DNA of 63,970 bases, the filler included, from Octopus bimaculoides (lineage: Eukaryota): NCBI RefSeq assembly GCF_001194135.2. It is 6 parts of 5 records of this genome, joined end to end, with 100 filler letters (N's around TTAATTAATTAA, not from the genome) between each part and the next. Parts side by side here need not be neighbours in the genome. Positions count along the whole stretch, not along the records: positions 24,035 to 51,634 come from NC_068987.1; 5 more parts are not named here. One strand, 5' to 3'. The notes under the pieces were generated by a model that was not told the origin of the DNA, did not search any database, and saw only the letters and a list, made by a program, of their open reading frames with translations. Positions 25,801-39,909 of the stretch are shown one piece after another (within the stretch, counting starts at the first letter, position 1; every line of letters begins with the position of its first letter). The position numbers and the translations under genes were made by a program.

Positions 25801-26278
25801 TTGAAGTGATATTACAAAAATCGAACAATAGTTTAGCATTGTAATTTATAAAGTTACAAAGTATTTCATACAAATGTCCATTCCTTGCCCTCGTCGTATC
25901 AGTCTAGACAGTTTTGTATTTTAATTTGTTGTTTCTGTTATGTAGTCGTTCCAAGCTGCTGCTGCTGTCGCTGCTAGTGTCACTGCTGCCCATGCTGCTG
26001 GATTTGCCGCTACTACTGGTGATATTACTGCTGCTGTTGAGTTTGATGTAATCGCTGTTGACGTAGTAGGAAGATGTGGTTCTACTGATCGAAGAGATTT
26101 TTTGTATATATGTATATACACACATACATATGCATGCATATATATANNNNNNNNNNNNNNNNNNNNNNNNNNNNNNNNNNNNNNNNNNNNNNNNNNNNNN
26201 NNNNNNNNNNNNNNNNNNNNNNNNNNNNNNNNNNNNNNNNNNNNNNNNNNNNNNNNNNNNNNNNNNNNNNTATATATG

Positions 26279-26332
<54 letters not shown>

Positions 26333-27031
26333 TGTATATATATGTATGTTAGTCGGTATGTGTGTATATATTTGCAATTTAAATGTAGCTTTGATAAATT
26401 TAGATATACCCAGTACACAGCGAATATTTCTATAATAGCCTGGTATAAGTTAGGTTATCGGAATACATCTACAAAAACAAAACGTTATATATCCATCACA
26501 AAAACGAGAAGATAATGGCGTGGAAATAAGTTGGACAATTTTAGTTCCTCGTTTCAATATAATCGACAACAAATGTTTGGAATAAAAAAAAAGAAGAAGT
26601 GACGAAGAAAAACGGAGAGAATAAAAGAATATGAAGAAACATAAACGGTAATGGAATGAATAGAATAATTTTAGCTGTCTCACCAGATAGGTGTGTATAT
26701 ATGATACGACACAAAAATACAAATGCATCCATATAACACATAGATACACGTACATCCTCATGTCGACTAACACATTTAAACACATGTATTCACACAAATA
26801 TATACGAATGTTTATTCTTAAACATACAGAAAAATATAAACATGTTCACATATATATATTCATATATCAACTTTAATATAGTCGTTTAAGATTTCTGTAA
26901 GTAAAAATTCCATTTTATGTACATATATATAAGAAAATTCGCTCGTATGTATGCATGTATATATGTGTGCGTGTGTATGTATACATGTATATACGTGTGC
27001 GTCTCTCTCTCTCTATATATATATATTGTAT

Positions 27032-27093
<62 letters not shown>

Positions 27094-28144
27094 ACATATA
27101 CATATATAGGCATGTATTTACGAATACGTGTGTGTGTATTTGCATTTGTGCTTCTCAACACAGCAGTTGACATCCGTTGTTGATCTGTATACAAAGACGA
27201 CGAGTCTGAACTTAAAATTAAATCAAATGAAGTTACCAAATAAAATCTTGGTGCACTAAGGGCTGATTTTGCTTTTTATATCGACGCCTGCTATATAATA
27301 TCAAAGTACTTAGTAAAATTTGGTGCTTGATATGACAACTGCACAAGATTTACCGTCAAAACTGATTTTCAGATGTGATCTGTTATTGAAAACATATATC
27401 TAGCACCAATAAAGACGGCCTGTTGGAGAAGAAAATACCAAGGGATACATTTATGCCATGAACAAAGTATAAAATTAGATGGAATGATCTAACTTCAACG
27501 AAGGTACTATTAGTCCTTTAAGGTCGTTCAGTTTTCCTCAACCTATCTAAGCACTGATTGAGCAAACCGATCAATGAACGGAATTATAATGACTCTTGCA
27601 AAAGCTGTAAATCGAGGTTGCAACAATATAGGAATAAAGTAATCCTTCACCATGTCACGCTTCACCTATCGCCCATTCAGTACATCGCTGATTTTTTCAG
27701 GCTGATATATGTAAATATATATCGCGGACTCCCATTATTTATACCTTATCTTGTATATCATTGTATAAAAGTCCTGTATGACTGGGTATACAACCATAAA
27801 TTTGTAACTATAACATCGGACCTTCTAATAAGCATCCGCAGATTTCTTCTTGCCCGGATTGATAATCCTTCCATTAAAAACTCGTTATATATATATATAT
27901 ATATATNNNNNNNNNNNNNNNNNNNNNNNNNNNNNNNNNNNNNNNNNNNNNNNNNNNNNNNNNNNNNNNNNNNNNNNNNNNNNNNNNNNNNNNNNNNNNN
28001 NNNNNNNNNNNNNNNNNNNNNNNNNNNNNNNNNNNNNNNNNNNNNNNNNNNNNNNNNNACAAAAATATTTTGCCCATAAAATTTTAAATACTCGTAAATA
28101 AATGGCAATTAAACAACAGAAGGATGTAAAGAATATTTTAAGTA

Positions 28145-28299
28145 AAATTCCGCCGAGGTCGACTTTGCCTTTCATTCATTCGGGGTCGATAAATAAAGTA
28201 CCAGTTACGCACCGGGGTCAATGTAATCGACTTAATCCCTTTGTCTATCCTTGTTTGTCCCCTCTATGTTTAGCCTCTTGTGGGCAATAAAGAAATAAG
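28145..28299 (+). mobile_element. SINE (GGCGGCGAGCTGGC-head family), 5'-truncated
   Basis: AAATTCCGCCGAGGTCGACTTTGCCTTTCAT..GTCCCCTCTATGTTTAGCCTCTTGTGGGCAATAAAGAAAT. Confidence 0.85.
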
Positions 28300-28896
28300 A
28301 ATATTCTAAGTAAAGTAAAAAGAACGTAAATATGATTTATAATAAAATATATTATTATTATAATCGTTTCAGAATCACTTTTATTCGCACTAGACTCACG
28401 CGCACCATAATTTGTAGACGCGATCGCCGATTCACAAGCACTCGTAGACGTATTTGTAGATTTCTTTTTGAAAAACAAGTCTACAATCGTTTGCTTTTTT
28501 TTTTTCGTTCTCTATGAATTTCTCAACAACACGCATAAACATTTGTTATGGTAGAAAATTTTGCAATTGTTGGATCTTGTGCTTGAAAATAATTAAACTC
28601 GTAAACCCAGGGATGCTGTAAAGTGGGTTCTCTTAAAATGAGATATTCTTAGTACCGAGGACAGTAGTGCTCAATAGATTGAAACTTAGATTCCGATGTC
28701 TTTGCGGAGGATCATTCAACAAGATAAAGAAAGGCTGTAAGAGGGAGAGGTTGAGCGGGTGTAGAAATTAAGCGGATCAATTAGACAGATCAAATATATT
28801 AAACATATCAAAATACGTACCTGTATACATGAGAAACGAGGTGGAAACTTTCAGATAATAAATTTTTATGTATAAATATATTGATATTTATATGAT

Positions 28897-29108
28897 TCTT
28901 TACTCTAGGCAGAAGGCCCGAAATTTTGGTGGGGGTGGGCAGTCGATTAGATCGATCTCAGTACGAAAATAGTACTTAATTCATCAGCCCCGAAATGATG
29001 AAAAGCAAAGTCCACCTCGGCGAAATTTGAACTCAGAACGTAAAGACAGACGAAATGCCGCGAAACATTTCACCCGGCTTGCTATCATTTCTGCCAGCTA
29101 GCCGCCTT
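28897..29108 (-). mobile_element. SINE (GGCGGCGAGCTGGC-head family, alternative 3' tail)
   Basis: Head CTGCCAGCTAGCCGCC at about 29093-29107, B-box region TTTGAACTCAG; tail AAGGCCCGAAATTTTGGTGGGG differs from the 28145 and 34283 copies. Confidence 0.85.
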
Positions 29109-29627
29109 TATTGATATTTATATTAATAGGTCTAACTTACTCAGAGGTACACATGATAGAGAAAATTAAAGGGAGTGGGGAAATGGTAATATAAGAAAGG
29201 ACATATAATAGCTTCTCTCTTCCACCTCTTTAATTTCTTCCATCATTTGTACCCTGTGTAAGTTGGATCTATTAACATAAATATCTAAATATTTATACAT
29301 CGAAATTCATCATGTGAAAGTTTCCACCTCGTTTTGCATGTATAAGTATATATATTTTTTTATTTATTTGATGTATTTAATATATTCAATTTATTTGTTT
29401 ATTCCCTTAATTGCTTCTATATATGAATGTGTGTATTTATACATATACATATATGTTTCTGTATCTTCGCGTGTTTGTAAATATGTATGATTATTTGAAT
29501 GGAGTCACGTATGTATCAATCAATCCATCTTTCTATATATCTATCTATTTATCTCTCTCCATACATATATATAATTTATTTATACATACATACATACATA
29601 CATATATATTAATATATATATATGTGT

Positions 29628-29665
<38 letters not shown>

Positions 29666-31504
29666 ATATATGTATGTATGTATATATACATACAGTACAG
29701 ATATATATATATATATTCATACATATGCATGCATGTATTTGCATATATATTTGCATGCGTGTGTACATATAAGTGCGTGTATGTGAACTGTACGAACAAT
29801 AAAATGTGAGAACGTACAGTACATCATGTATATGAGTTTTGTATGTTCAGAGAGTGAAACGTATGAATGATGAAAGCATTGATTACTAAATAGCGACTGA
29901 AGGAGAAAGAGTAGGAGTGACAGAGACGGGAGAGAGAGGGACAGAGACAGAGAGACAGAAACATAGAGACAAAGACAGACAGACAGGTTGACAGACTGAC
30001 TTGAGAAGCAGACAAGAACATAAAGAGACTAAGATATTGAGAAAGATCGACAGCGACACAGATAAAGATTACCTTAGAACCTAATACGTTATCAAAGGTT
30101 AAAACTAACAGACAAGAGATGAAAATACTATGTCACTTTGTATCGTTTTTTTTTTTTCTGATATGATTAGTCTATTTCTATTTTCATACTAGATACAGTA
30201 CACCGTATTATTTATTTTTATATTGTGCATTTTTTTTTACCACATTTTAATAATGCTGAGAGTAACAGAAAGTCATACCAATTTATTTAAAAGAACACGT
30301 GTGTAGTTGTCTATAGATGAATATATANNNNNNNNNNNNNNNNNNNNNNNNNNNNNNNNNNNNNNNNNNNNNNNNNNNNNNNNNNNNNNNNNNNNNNNNN
30401 NNNNNNNNNNNNNNNNNNNNNNNNNNNNNNNNNNNNNNNNNNNNNNNNNNNNNNNNNNNNNNNNNNNNNNNNNNNNNNNNNNNNNNNNNNNNNNNNNNNN
30501 NNNNNNNNNNNNNNNNNNNNNNNNNNNNNNNNNNNNNNNNNNNNNNNNNNNNNNNNNNNNNNNNNNNNNNNNNNNNNNNNNNNNNNNNNNNNNNNNNNNN
30601 NNNNNNNNNNNNNNNNNNNNNNNNNNNNNNNNNNNNNNNNNNNNNNNNNNNNNNNNNNNNNNNNNNNNNNNNNNNNNNNNNNNNNNNNNNNNNNNNNNNN
30701 NNNNNNNNNNNNNNNNNNNNNNNNNNNNNNNNNNNNNNNNNNNNNNNNNNNNNNNNNNNNNNNNNNNNNNNNNNNNNNNNNNNNNNNNNNNNNNNNNNNN
30801 NNNNNNNNNNNNNNNNNNNNNNNNNNNNNNNNNNNNNNNNNNNNNNNNNNNNNNNNNNNNNNNNNNNNNNNNNNNNNNNNNNNNNNNNNNNNNNNNNNNN
30901 NNNNNNNNNNNNNNNNNNNNNNNNNNNNNNNNNNNNNNNNNNNNNNNNNNNNNNNNNNNNNNNNNNNNNNNNNNNNNNNNNNNNNNNNNNNNNNNNNNNN
31001 NNNNNNNNNNNNNNNNNNNNNNNNNNNNNNNNNNNNNNNNNNNNNNNNNNNNNNNNNNNNNNNNNNNNNNNNNNNNNNNNNNNNNNNNNNNNNNNNNNNN
31101 NNNNNTTTTTATCAATTAAAAAGTAATGGCGTGAAAAGGAAGAGTAAGCACGGTTAGGCAGCTTTTTAATCTGTTCAAATGTTTTGATACATACAGATCC
31201 TCGTATGTACAGGATTTACAGTTGGGTTTAAATTAAATGATTGTATTTAAAAACAAAAGATAATGTATCTTTGCATCTCTCTTATAATTTTTCATCAAAT
31301 AGTGCCCTTCAAGGTTGAGGGAGACGTTTGAAAATTTTTGCTTTCTCTATCCTAGCATTAGTCTCTCAGGTTGCTCTGTCCAGAAATTCTGAAGGTGATT
31401 TGGCTGCTATTTATCGCACTTTAAATCACGCTTTTCACTATATATATCGCTCTATGCCACGAAGTATATTTTTTTCTACAATAAGCACATCATCTGAAAA
31501 CACG

Positions 31505-31680
31505 TGAAAGACTAGGGAAGTCGATTACATTCACCCCCGAGTGGTACTTATTCTATCGTCCTCGAAATGACGAAAGCCAAAGTCGATCCTGGTAGAATTC
31601 GGGCACAAATCATAAAGAGCCGGAATAAATGCTACTAACCATTTTTACCGGCACACTAGTGACTCTGTCCGGATACCGGC
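31505..31680 (-). mobile_element. Degenerate SINE (same family)
   Basis: AGTCGATTACAT..GGTACTTATTCTATCGTCCTCGAAATGACGAAAGCCAAAGTCGATCC. Confidence 0.6.
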
Positions 31681-32653
31681 TTCATGCTCATAGATTATAT
31701 TGCACAATGAAGTTTTTTAAAACACTGAAATAAAAACAGATATATACTCGTATTTATATTGCTTTTACTCTTGGTTCTGCTGTACAAAGAACAACTATTG
31801 AATTCAGATCTAAAATTCTTTCATAAATTATCTTCAACATGTTTGTGTTATCTGTCCTCTTCATTATCTCTCTGTAAATATTCATGCAGATTATAACGAT
31901 GTTCTCAGAAATCCCATCTTCGCTTCTAAGTCTAATCATTTACAACTAGTGCAGTGATTTGAAAATTAAAGTACTACAATCGGATTATTAATGTTATAAT
32001 TAATTGATGTGACACCATTTCGTGTATGGATGACCCTGTTGACCTCTTTAGTAATCGGTCACGGATGTCTTAAAAGATTTAGAGATTCATGTATTGGTCA
32101 TTCGCTCGAATACAATCTTGTTCAATACGTCGGGCTGTAGCCAATATACAGCTAATTAAGAGATTCGTTATATTTGTGAGAAAATTTATACATATGCATA
32201 TTTGTGTGTGTGTGTATGTGTGTATGTGTGTGTGTGTGCGTTGTGTATGTGTGTGTTTTGTGTATGCGTGCGTATTTATGTATGTACTTATATATACATA
32301 CACACATTACACATATGCACTTATATGTGTATATGAACTTGTATATATGTATGTGTTAATCTGTGTTTGTGTGTTCGCGCGTCTACGAGCAGGTCTGCAT
32401 ACATTTATGTTTGTGCCTCTGCATAGTTTAGTTCTACATTGTGCAGGTGATTGCATATTAAATGTTATTTACTATACATCTTGCACATGTAAATATTAAC
32501 AGACATCCTTATGCAGTCATACAAACACACACAGACATAACTACATAAACATAGTTATATAAAAATGTAGTTGCATACGTATATATGCATATATACATTT
32601 ATGTACATTAACATGCGTACTTACATAAATCTTTTATTCTTCTAAAATTGATT

Positions 32654-32708
<55 letters not shown>

Positions 32709-33928
32709 TACACACGCATACATGTGTGTGTACGGAGAGAGACAACCAAGTTTCATAACACAATTCAAGTAAGCATAATTTCATTATTACTACATGACTC
32801 AAACCTTACCATGAAGTTATATCTTATAGTCTAGGCGAAATTGTGCAAGAACATATATACGTTATTGTGTATTATATATCATTCCTTACCTGTATGCGTT
32901 CGTCAGCAGGTGTAGCCAGTCAATTACCGTTCGCTTTAGCAACAACAGAAGACAAAGCAGAGAAATAAGCTATTAACAAGAAATGTCTATAATGCAAATT
33001 TCCTTTGCTGGAAGGTAAGATGCTACACTTTATAATATTTAGTGTTTACATGAATATAGTTAATTTTACAAATTTTATTAGCTTAAATTTAATACTTTAT
33101 TTTTGCAGACGACGATGCCTAGTAAATATATGGAACTAATATACATTTATAGTTTTGTTACGTCTCTTTACGATATAAATTCAAATCTTATGAATGTTAT
33201 CTTTTCAATTCATAATTTGGTGTCGGTAGAATGAATTTTCTATTGTACTCGGTATTAGTTCAATCAACTTCATTCTCATATAAATATAAGACATTTTACT
33301 CATATGAAAATGCTAATATGTATAGGCTGTGAATCTGCATGGTCAATCGATTTCGCATTTTAAACACTTTTCGCAAATAGGATGAAGCTCAGTTGGGATT
33401 TTATAGATACTGTATTTAAGAAAACGCCAGAGGTATCACAAATGCAACACCATTGCGTATTTAGATTTGTTTGTTCAAGTCTCAGCTGGGGAAAAACAAG
33501 ACCACTGGCAATTGCAGCATCGTTATTAAACAAAACCACACGACGGCGAGAGAGCCTCCTCATGGGCAATACGTCCAATAAAAAAATTAATCAGTCATAA
33601 TTCTTTATTTTTTTTATCTGATGGGTCTGAAGGAAGGGCAGTGACAGTCATCTGCGCAAACACTCCTAGGCCAATAACAGATTTTATCAGACAATACCAA
33701 CGGCAATGATATGAACAGGCACGGAAATTTAGAGGGCCGAATTCTGAGGAGAAACAATATGGGCAAACTGATTAGTGCAACCTATGTAGATGGTAGGCAA
33801 AAAATAGGCATTGAGAAAAAAAAAAAAGAGACGCAATTTGGAGTTGAATGCTGGCGTGGAAGAGGCATGATCTTAGTTCAGATTCGAAGAGAAGCCATTA
33901 TAATAAAGGTAGAAAAGTTAAACATAGG

Positions 33929-33969
<41 letters not shown>

Positions 33970-34282
33970 AGAGGGATAAACAAAGAGACAGAGATGGAGA
34001 CAGTAACGTTATGCTTGATCTAGATCTTAGAGCATCACTGTGAATAAATTTGATAGTGTTTACAAAAGCAAAAGACAAAATGGTTCCGGCTAGAGGATTT
34101 TGACACTAGGGCTATTGGTCAAGGATTCAACGGGAGACACAGACATACACATATACAATCCTATATACTCATGTATATACATATACAGTCCTATATACAT
34201 ATGTATATGCATTTAAGTGGGCAGTTATTTTTGTATGTATTCATTGATGTTTTTAGTGCATTAATATATGTATTCGTATTAA

Positions 34283-34515
34283 GGCGGCGAGCTGGCAGAA
34301 AAGTTAACACGCCGGACGAAGTGCTTAGCGGTATTTCGTCTGCCGTTACGTTCTGAGTTCAAATTCCGCCGAGGGTGACTTTGCCTTTCATCATTTCGGG
34401 GTCGATTGAATAAGTACTAGTTATGCACTGGGGTCGATATAATCGACTTAATCACTTCGGCTGTCCTTGTTTGTCCCCTCTAAGTTTAGACCCCTGTGGG
34501 CAATAGAGAAATAAA
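34283..34515 (+). mobile_element. Full-length tRNA-derived SINE (GGCGGCGAGCTGGC head)
   Basis: Head GGCGGCGAGCTGGCAGAA, B-box GAGTTCAAATTCC, tail GTCCCCTCTAAGTTTAGACCCCTGTGGGCAATAGAGAAAT. Confidence 0.9.
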
Positions 34516-34540
34516 TATATGTATTGTATTAGTACGCAGC

Positions 34541-34755
34541 GTAAGGTGGAGCGCGAGCAGAATCGTTACAACGACAAACAAAATGTTTAGCAGTATTTTG
34601 TTCGTCTTTACTTTCTGAGTTCAAATGCTGCCGAGGTCGACTTTCTCTTTCGTCCTTTCGGGGTGGATAAAATAAGTACTAGTTGAGCACTGGAGTCGAA
34701 GTAATCGATTTAGTTTCACCCTGAAATTGCTAGTCCTGTACTAAAACTTGAAATG
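34541..34755 (+). mobile_element. SINE (same family, alternative tail), adjacent to the previous copy
   Basis: GAGTTCAAATGCTGCCGAGGTCGACTTT..CCTGAAATTGCTAGTCCTGTACTAAAAC. Confidence 0.75.
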
Positions 34756-35983
34756 TATATTGGTAAGTAATGAACATGCTCATGTGTTTTATTATTTGCA
34801 TACATATATATTAATTGTTAATATTAAAAACTGTCAGATCATGGATTTTAACATTTCAGCCTTGACCTCGGGAGCAATACCCCCAAAACCACAGATATCA
34901 AACCAAGTTCGGATATTCAAACTGTACTCAATCTTATCAGGCTCAACATTCATTATGTATAGCGGGTTGGAGACAAGGCATTTATGGTCAGATTTACTGC
35001 CCTCTGTCTTTTCATCTTCTGTCAAGACTCAGTAAAATATGTTACATTTGAAATACTAAACTAGTAACGAAATATTAATTTCAGCCTGAATTTCTAAATG
35101 TTGACTACCTTAAATATATTGATTAACGGATGACAAGCTATTTATAAATAGAATCATATAACATTGTCAGTATAATGTGACGTAATGCAACAATCTACTA
35201 GTTCTCGTGTTCATTTAACCCCCAACTCTGAGAATGCTGATGCTAACCGCTTCTTGTCCAAAGTCTCCAGAGAAAGTTATCCAAGTAAATTACAAGCGTT
35301 AATTAAATTATCATAGAAGGATGAATTTGATTAAGTTTTCATTAATAGTATTAATTCAGGCAATAAGGTAAACACATGCAACTTAATTAATAACTCTGAT
35401 TATGGTAGTGCCAATAGAGAAATCAATTAGAATTGCTATAGTTTTGTTCATAGAAGACGACGAGTTGCGGCTTAGATTTCCGCCAAGTTCAATTACGATA
35501 TCAGAGAAAAGGTATAAAGATTAATAAAGTGCTAATGAAATGTATTCCGAATATTCAGACAATCTTCTAAAGAAATGCTTGATACTATAGAAAAAGAATA
35601 TGTTCAAGCAGATTAACAGAGTTGTTACTTTTAAATTGATATTCGTTGGCAAGTATCTGAATCTTTGCAAATTTCTAAAGGAGAATTATGAACATCGCTA
35701 ATATAAATAGGAAACACATACATGCATATTTATACACAAATCTATACTAGAGTACGCACAAGAATACATGCAGATACATACACACGCACACGTGCTTGTG
35801 TATCGGTATCCGTACATATATATATGTATGCATGTATGTATATAGGAAGAGAGGTCGTTAGATATGTATATGTGAGTACGCATAATATTTATACACACAC
35901 ACACACACATATATATATACATACATATAAATATCCGCACATACATTATGTACAAATGCATTTGTATGTGTGTATGTGGTGTA

Positions 35984-36071
<88 letters not shown>

Positions 36072-37608
36072 TGTCTCTCTCTCTCTCTCTGTATGTATGA
36101 GTAAATGTATTTAGTCATATAAATGCCAATGAAATCATTTGTATAAACGATGTATGTGAAAATATTTACACGCATGTATGTGTGTACATATTTATGTGTT
36201 TGCATTTGTATTTTGTCATTCGGGAAAAAGAAGATATTAGGATTGTACATAAGTTTCACATTCGTGTAAACTGTTTATATAATCAAAATTTTAACTGACT
36301 TGATTCGACCTCACGATATATTTGATACGCACTCTTAATGCATCGATTGCCCATGCAAGTTTTGTGTGAATAGGTGCGATATGAGCCAAAGAACGCTGAC
36401 TGAGATATTGCATTCAGAATTCTTGAAGTTTAACTCGTTTATCTTCGCAGCGATTCAGCACCATGGGCCAAAATTTGAAAATACCACCAACAAATTAGAA
36501 ACCACATGTGGATAAGATTTCTAATTCTCCTGGATTTAACATCGTTTCTGTCTTATCTAGCGTTAAATATAGAAGCTAATACGAAGTCAACAAAATTATT
36601 ATCATCATCAAAAACAAATATGCAACTTTATCAGAACCGAACTAAATTTGTATTACCATAGCAACCAGGACTATCACCACTGTAATGACGTCTACCACTA
36701 ACATGACTAATATCACCCTCACCACCACCAACAGACCAGAACAACAATAACGATACCAATATTCCATATATTATCACTGGGAACATTAGTGTTAGCATGG
36801 GGTCGTCACGAAACTGATTAAATTGTTGTTACTTGCCAGACATGTTTATCACCGGACTACATTTAAAATATTTTTATATTTCACCAATTTTTTTTCTTTT
36901 TAAAACGATTGGAGAATCAAATAAACGTACACAACGCAGCAGAGAGGAAAACAGTTTTATCTCGACAAAAATTAAAAATCAGCTTCCATAAGATTATTTC
37001 AACAAAGTCGTTATTATATATTTTTTGAAGAAAAAAAAACAATAAATAACAGAGTTATTGTATTAATGTGTAGAGGTGGAACAGGAAGTTTGATAAGATT
37101 TTGGTATCGGTCATTTATGTGATAGGTCGCGAGTTCTTTTCATTTCTAATTCCTTGCGGTCTCTCACGGGTCGAATAATGAGAGCCTCACATCTCAATCT
37201 TCGAGGAGTGTCAGCAAGGTCGAGAGAAACTGCAAAAGAGAGTAGGAAGAATAAAGAGTAGAGTGGAATGGAAATGGAAACTGCTGATGAAGCAAGCCGA
37301 AACTGAAGCTTCCTTGATTTTTAGATCCGAGTTAAAAGTGAAAATATCATTGTTTCAGTTTTGTATTTATTTATTAATTCAATTTATGAAGTCTTTTTCC
37401 TTTAATTTGGCAGACGCCAACGTCTATCTAACAATGGCTTCTTTATTTTATAAGTTAGAAACACCTGTTTTTACTAAACCACGTCTAATTGAATTTATAG
37501 AAAATATGGATAAACTTACAGCACAGAGCAAGATGTTCTACCAGAGAATTGCAAAATACATTCGCTGGTTGCATAATATTAATAATAATAATAATAAAAA
37601 TAATAATG

Positions 37609-37678
<70 letters not shown>

Positions 37679-37686
37679 CAACAATA

Positions 37687-38225
37687 AGGCAGTGGCTCTC
37701 GTGGCTTCTGATCTTAATTGATTAGAAGTGTTATCATGTACATTGTTTTGTCTTGGTATAAAAACATGGGCTACAGCAAATATTCTGCTTAATACCACAG
37801 ATTTGCTTGACAGTTGTTTGACCTTAACCAGTTGAGCATGTCCCTTGGTGGCTGATGATATGTGCATCTCTGATCATAAGTAGAAGTAGTGGGGGAGCAT
37901 CATAGCCATGTGTTGAGAGGAATTCTTTGGGGTTTGAATAATTCACTTTTGGAAACATGGGTGTTTTGCTCAACATCCTTAAACAAACCTTATTCAGGGA
38001 CCTTTTGAGCGAGATGGGCTACTCCACCTGAAGACAATTCTACCTGGGCCCCACCTACGAGGTCATGCGCTGTTTATCTTGATATGAGATCACCATGTCG
38101 CGCACATATGGTTGTGATGCATGTGCCTGGTGTACCCTTATCAGGCGAGTAGTCATGATGTGTATAATGGGCTTCGTATATTTTACCCCAGTGTCACTTT
38201 GATGCCATGCACTGTTCTCTCACTC
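37687..38225. mobile_element. ~540-bp non-coding interspersed repeat flanked by (AAT)n (copy 2)
   Basis: Homologous to 18827-19360. Confidence 0.85.
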
Positions 38226-38238
38226 AATAATAATGATG

Positions 38239-38269
<31 letters not shown>

Positions 38270-38270
<1 letters not shown>

Positions 38271-39905
38271 TTCTTTTATTCGACACAAGGACCTAAGACA
38301 TGTAGGACAATGGCAAAAGACGTGATACAACACACAAAAACAGGTGAGATTTATAACGATCAGATGGAGACACAACAGTATTAAAAGATATAAAAAAGGA
38401 TATAAAATTGGAAGTTAGAGGAATAAATAATTAACAAATCCTCAAGCGACAACTTTGGATAATTCGTAGTGAACCTCACTGAAACGACGGATCGGATTAC
38501 CCTGCCATCTCCGAGGCATGGAAAAATGCCCTCTTCCAGTTTCTTTCGTTCTACTTAGAAAAGCATACTCAGTGTAGATCCATTCAGTCGCACCAATCTT
38601 TCCACTCTCGTCCACATTTTGATAGATACGCTAGATGGTGACATCTCCTTCTCTGCTTACACATTGCTCTTCAAATAAGATTGATGAGAAGTTGACCAGA
38701 CAGGAAAATACCTGTCTTCAAACCTTTCAAAAAAGTCTACTACACAGCATCTTTGCCACATTCACTAAGTAGGGAACGATCTGCCTTCCGTCTCTGCTAA
38801 ATGAAGGTAGTGCGTTGATTTTCACTTACATCAGACAGTAACTGCTCAACAGAAACCCACAAGTTTCTAATACAGGCACAATGAACAACTGCCTGTTGGA
38901 AGGTTTCGTCCCTTTATATGCATCTCTGGTAGGTTCGGTGTTTGTCACTTCCATGCATGAAGTCTCTCGAATAGACAATGCCTCCTGTAGCACAGCCATG
39001 CCAAAGACATTTTGAAATTGTCTATGGTCTTTCGGCCCGAAGGTCCTTCGGAAGAGACCACTCTGCTTGTTGGCGTCGATGCCCGGAGTCAATCCAAGGC
39101 CATCGTCGCTCATAACCTCAAATAACCTCCTATAGAAATCTTGCATTGTTTTATCAATAACATTTTTGTCTAGCTGTAATGTGCAGTGTGCGCCTAGCAA
39201 CATTCTAGATGCCGAACGCCCAATCTTGGTCTGCGTTTGACCCATGACTGCAGCTGCGTCAGTGAGATAAACTGCGGAAAGATGTGTTGCACGGAGGAAG
39301 CCCACACCAGTTCACCCTTATTTTTGTCACCACCGTTTACAATATTACAGTGATTAAGACATTTCTGCTAGTGCGTCGGCCTGAATTCGTGGTGCTTCAT
39401 CAAGGATGGAATCTCATAAGATCACCACAACGTTGGTGTTGACAACAGGTTTTTCTGACCAGCAGCATCTGACACTTCCATAAGAATCGAAATAGCAAGC
39501 GTTCCGATTTGGTCAGTGTTTTCTTGGAACAACGTGCGATGGTCAGTGTTTTCTTGGGACAACGTACGATGGTTAGGCAGTAGTACACTTGCTCCTTCCA
39601 CCAGGCCTTTCAGAAACAACTTCCTCTTCGCTCATTTCTGGGTGATCTTGGTCACTATGACCATCACGGTTTCCCATTTCCGAAACAGACTCCGACCACT
39701 TTCACCAGACCATGTGATAGACAAGAAAGTACGCAGCTAGTCAACATAGACTCGCCTTTCCGAGAGCCTAGTTGCAATCCCACTGATTTGTCCTGGTTTA
39801 TGTGGGCTCCTATACATATCTGATATTCTTTAAATATAGTGTCAATGGTTTCTATATCCGAAAAGTCTGACAGCATGACAGTGTTGTCGTTCAATAATAG
39901 TTTCA
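38270..39905 (-). mobile_element. Tx1/L1-clade LINE 3' portion (copy 2)
   Basis: RT end TVMLSDFSDIETI..EYQICIGAHINQDKSVGLQLG..VKVVGVCFG, then ERLLFRFLWK and QDFYRRLFE..SGLFRRTFGP. 3' UTR with AATAAAAGAA joined to (ATT)n at about 38270. Confidence 0.85.
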
Positions 39906-39909
39906 TATT

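Noticed and set aside
25904-26100. Ser/Ala-rich ORFs on the minus strand
   Set aside because: Derived from a decayed (CTG/CTA)n-like tract and bounded by (TA)n and a gap.
37281-37305. CTGATGAAGCAAGCCGAAAC hammerhead-like string
   Set aside because: Stem II cannot form properly and no stem I/III or UH site fits.
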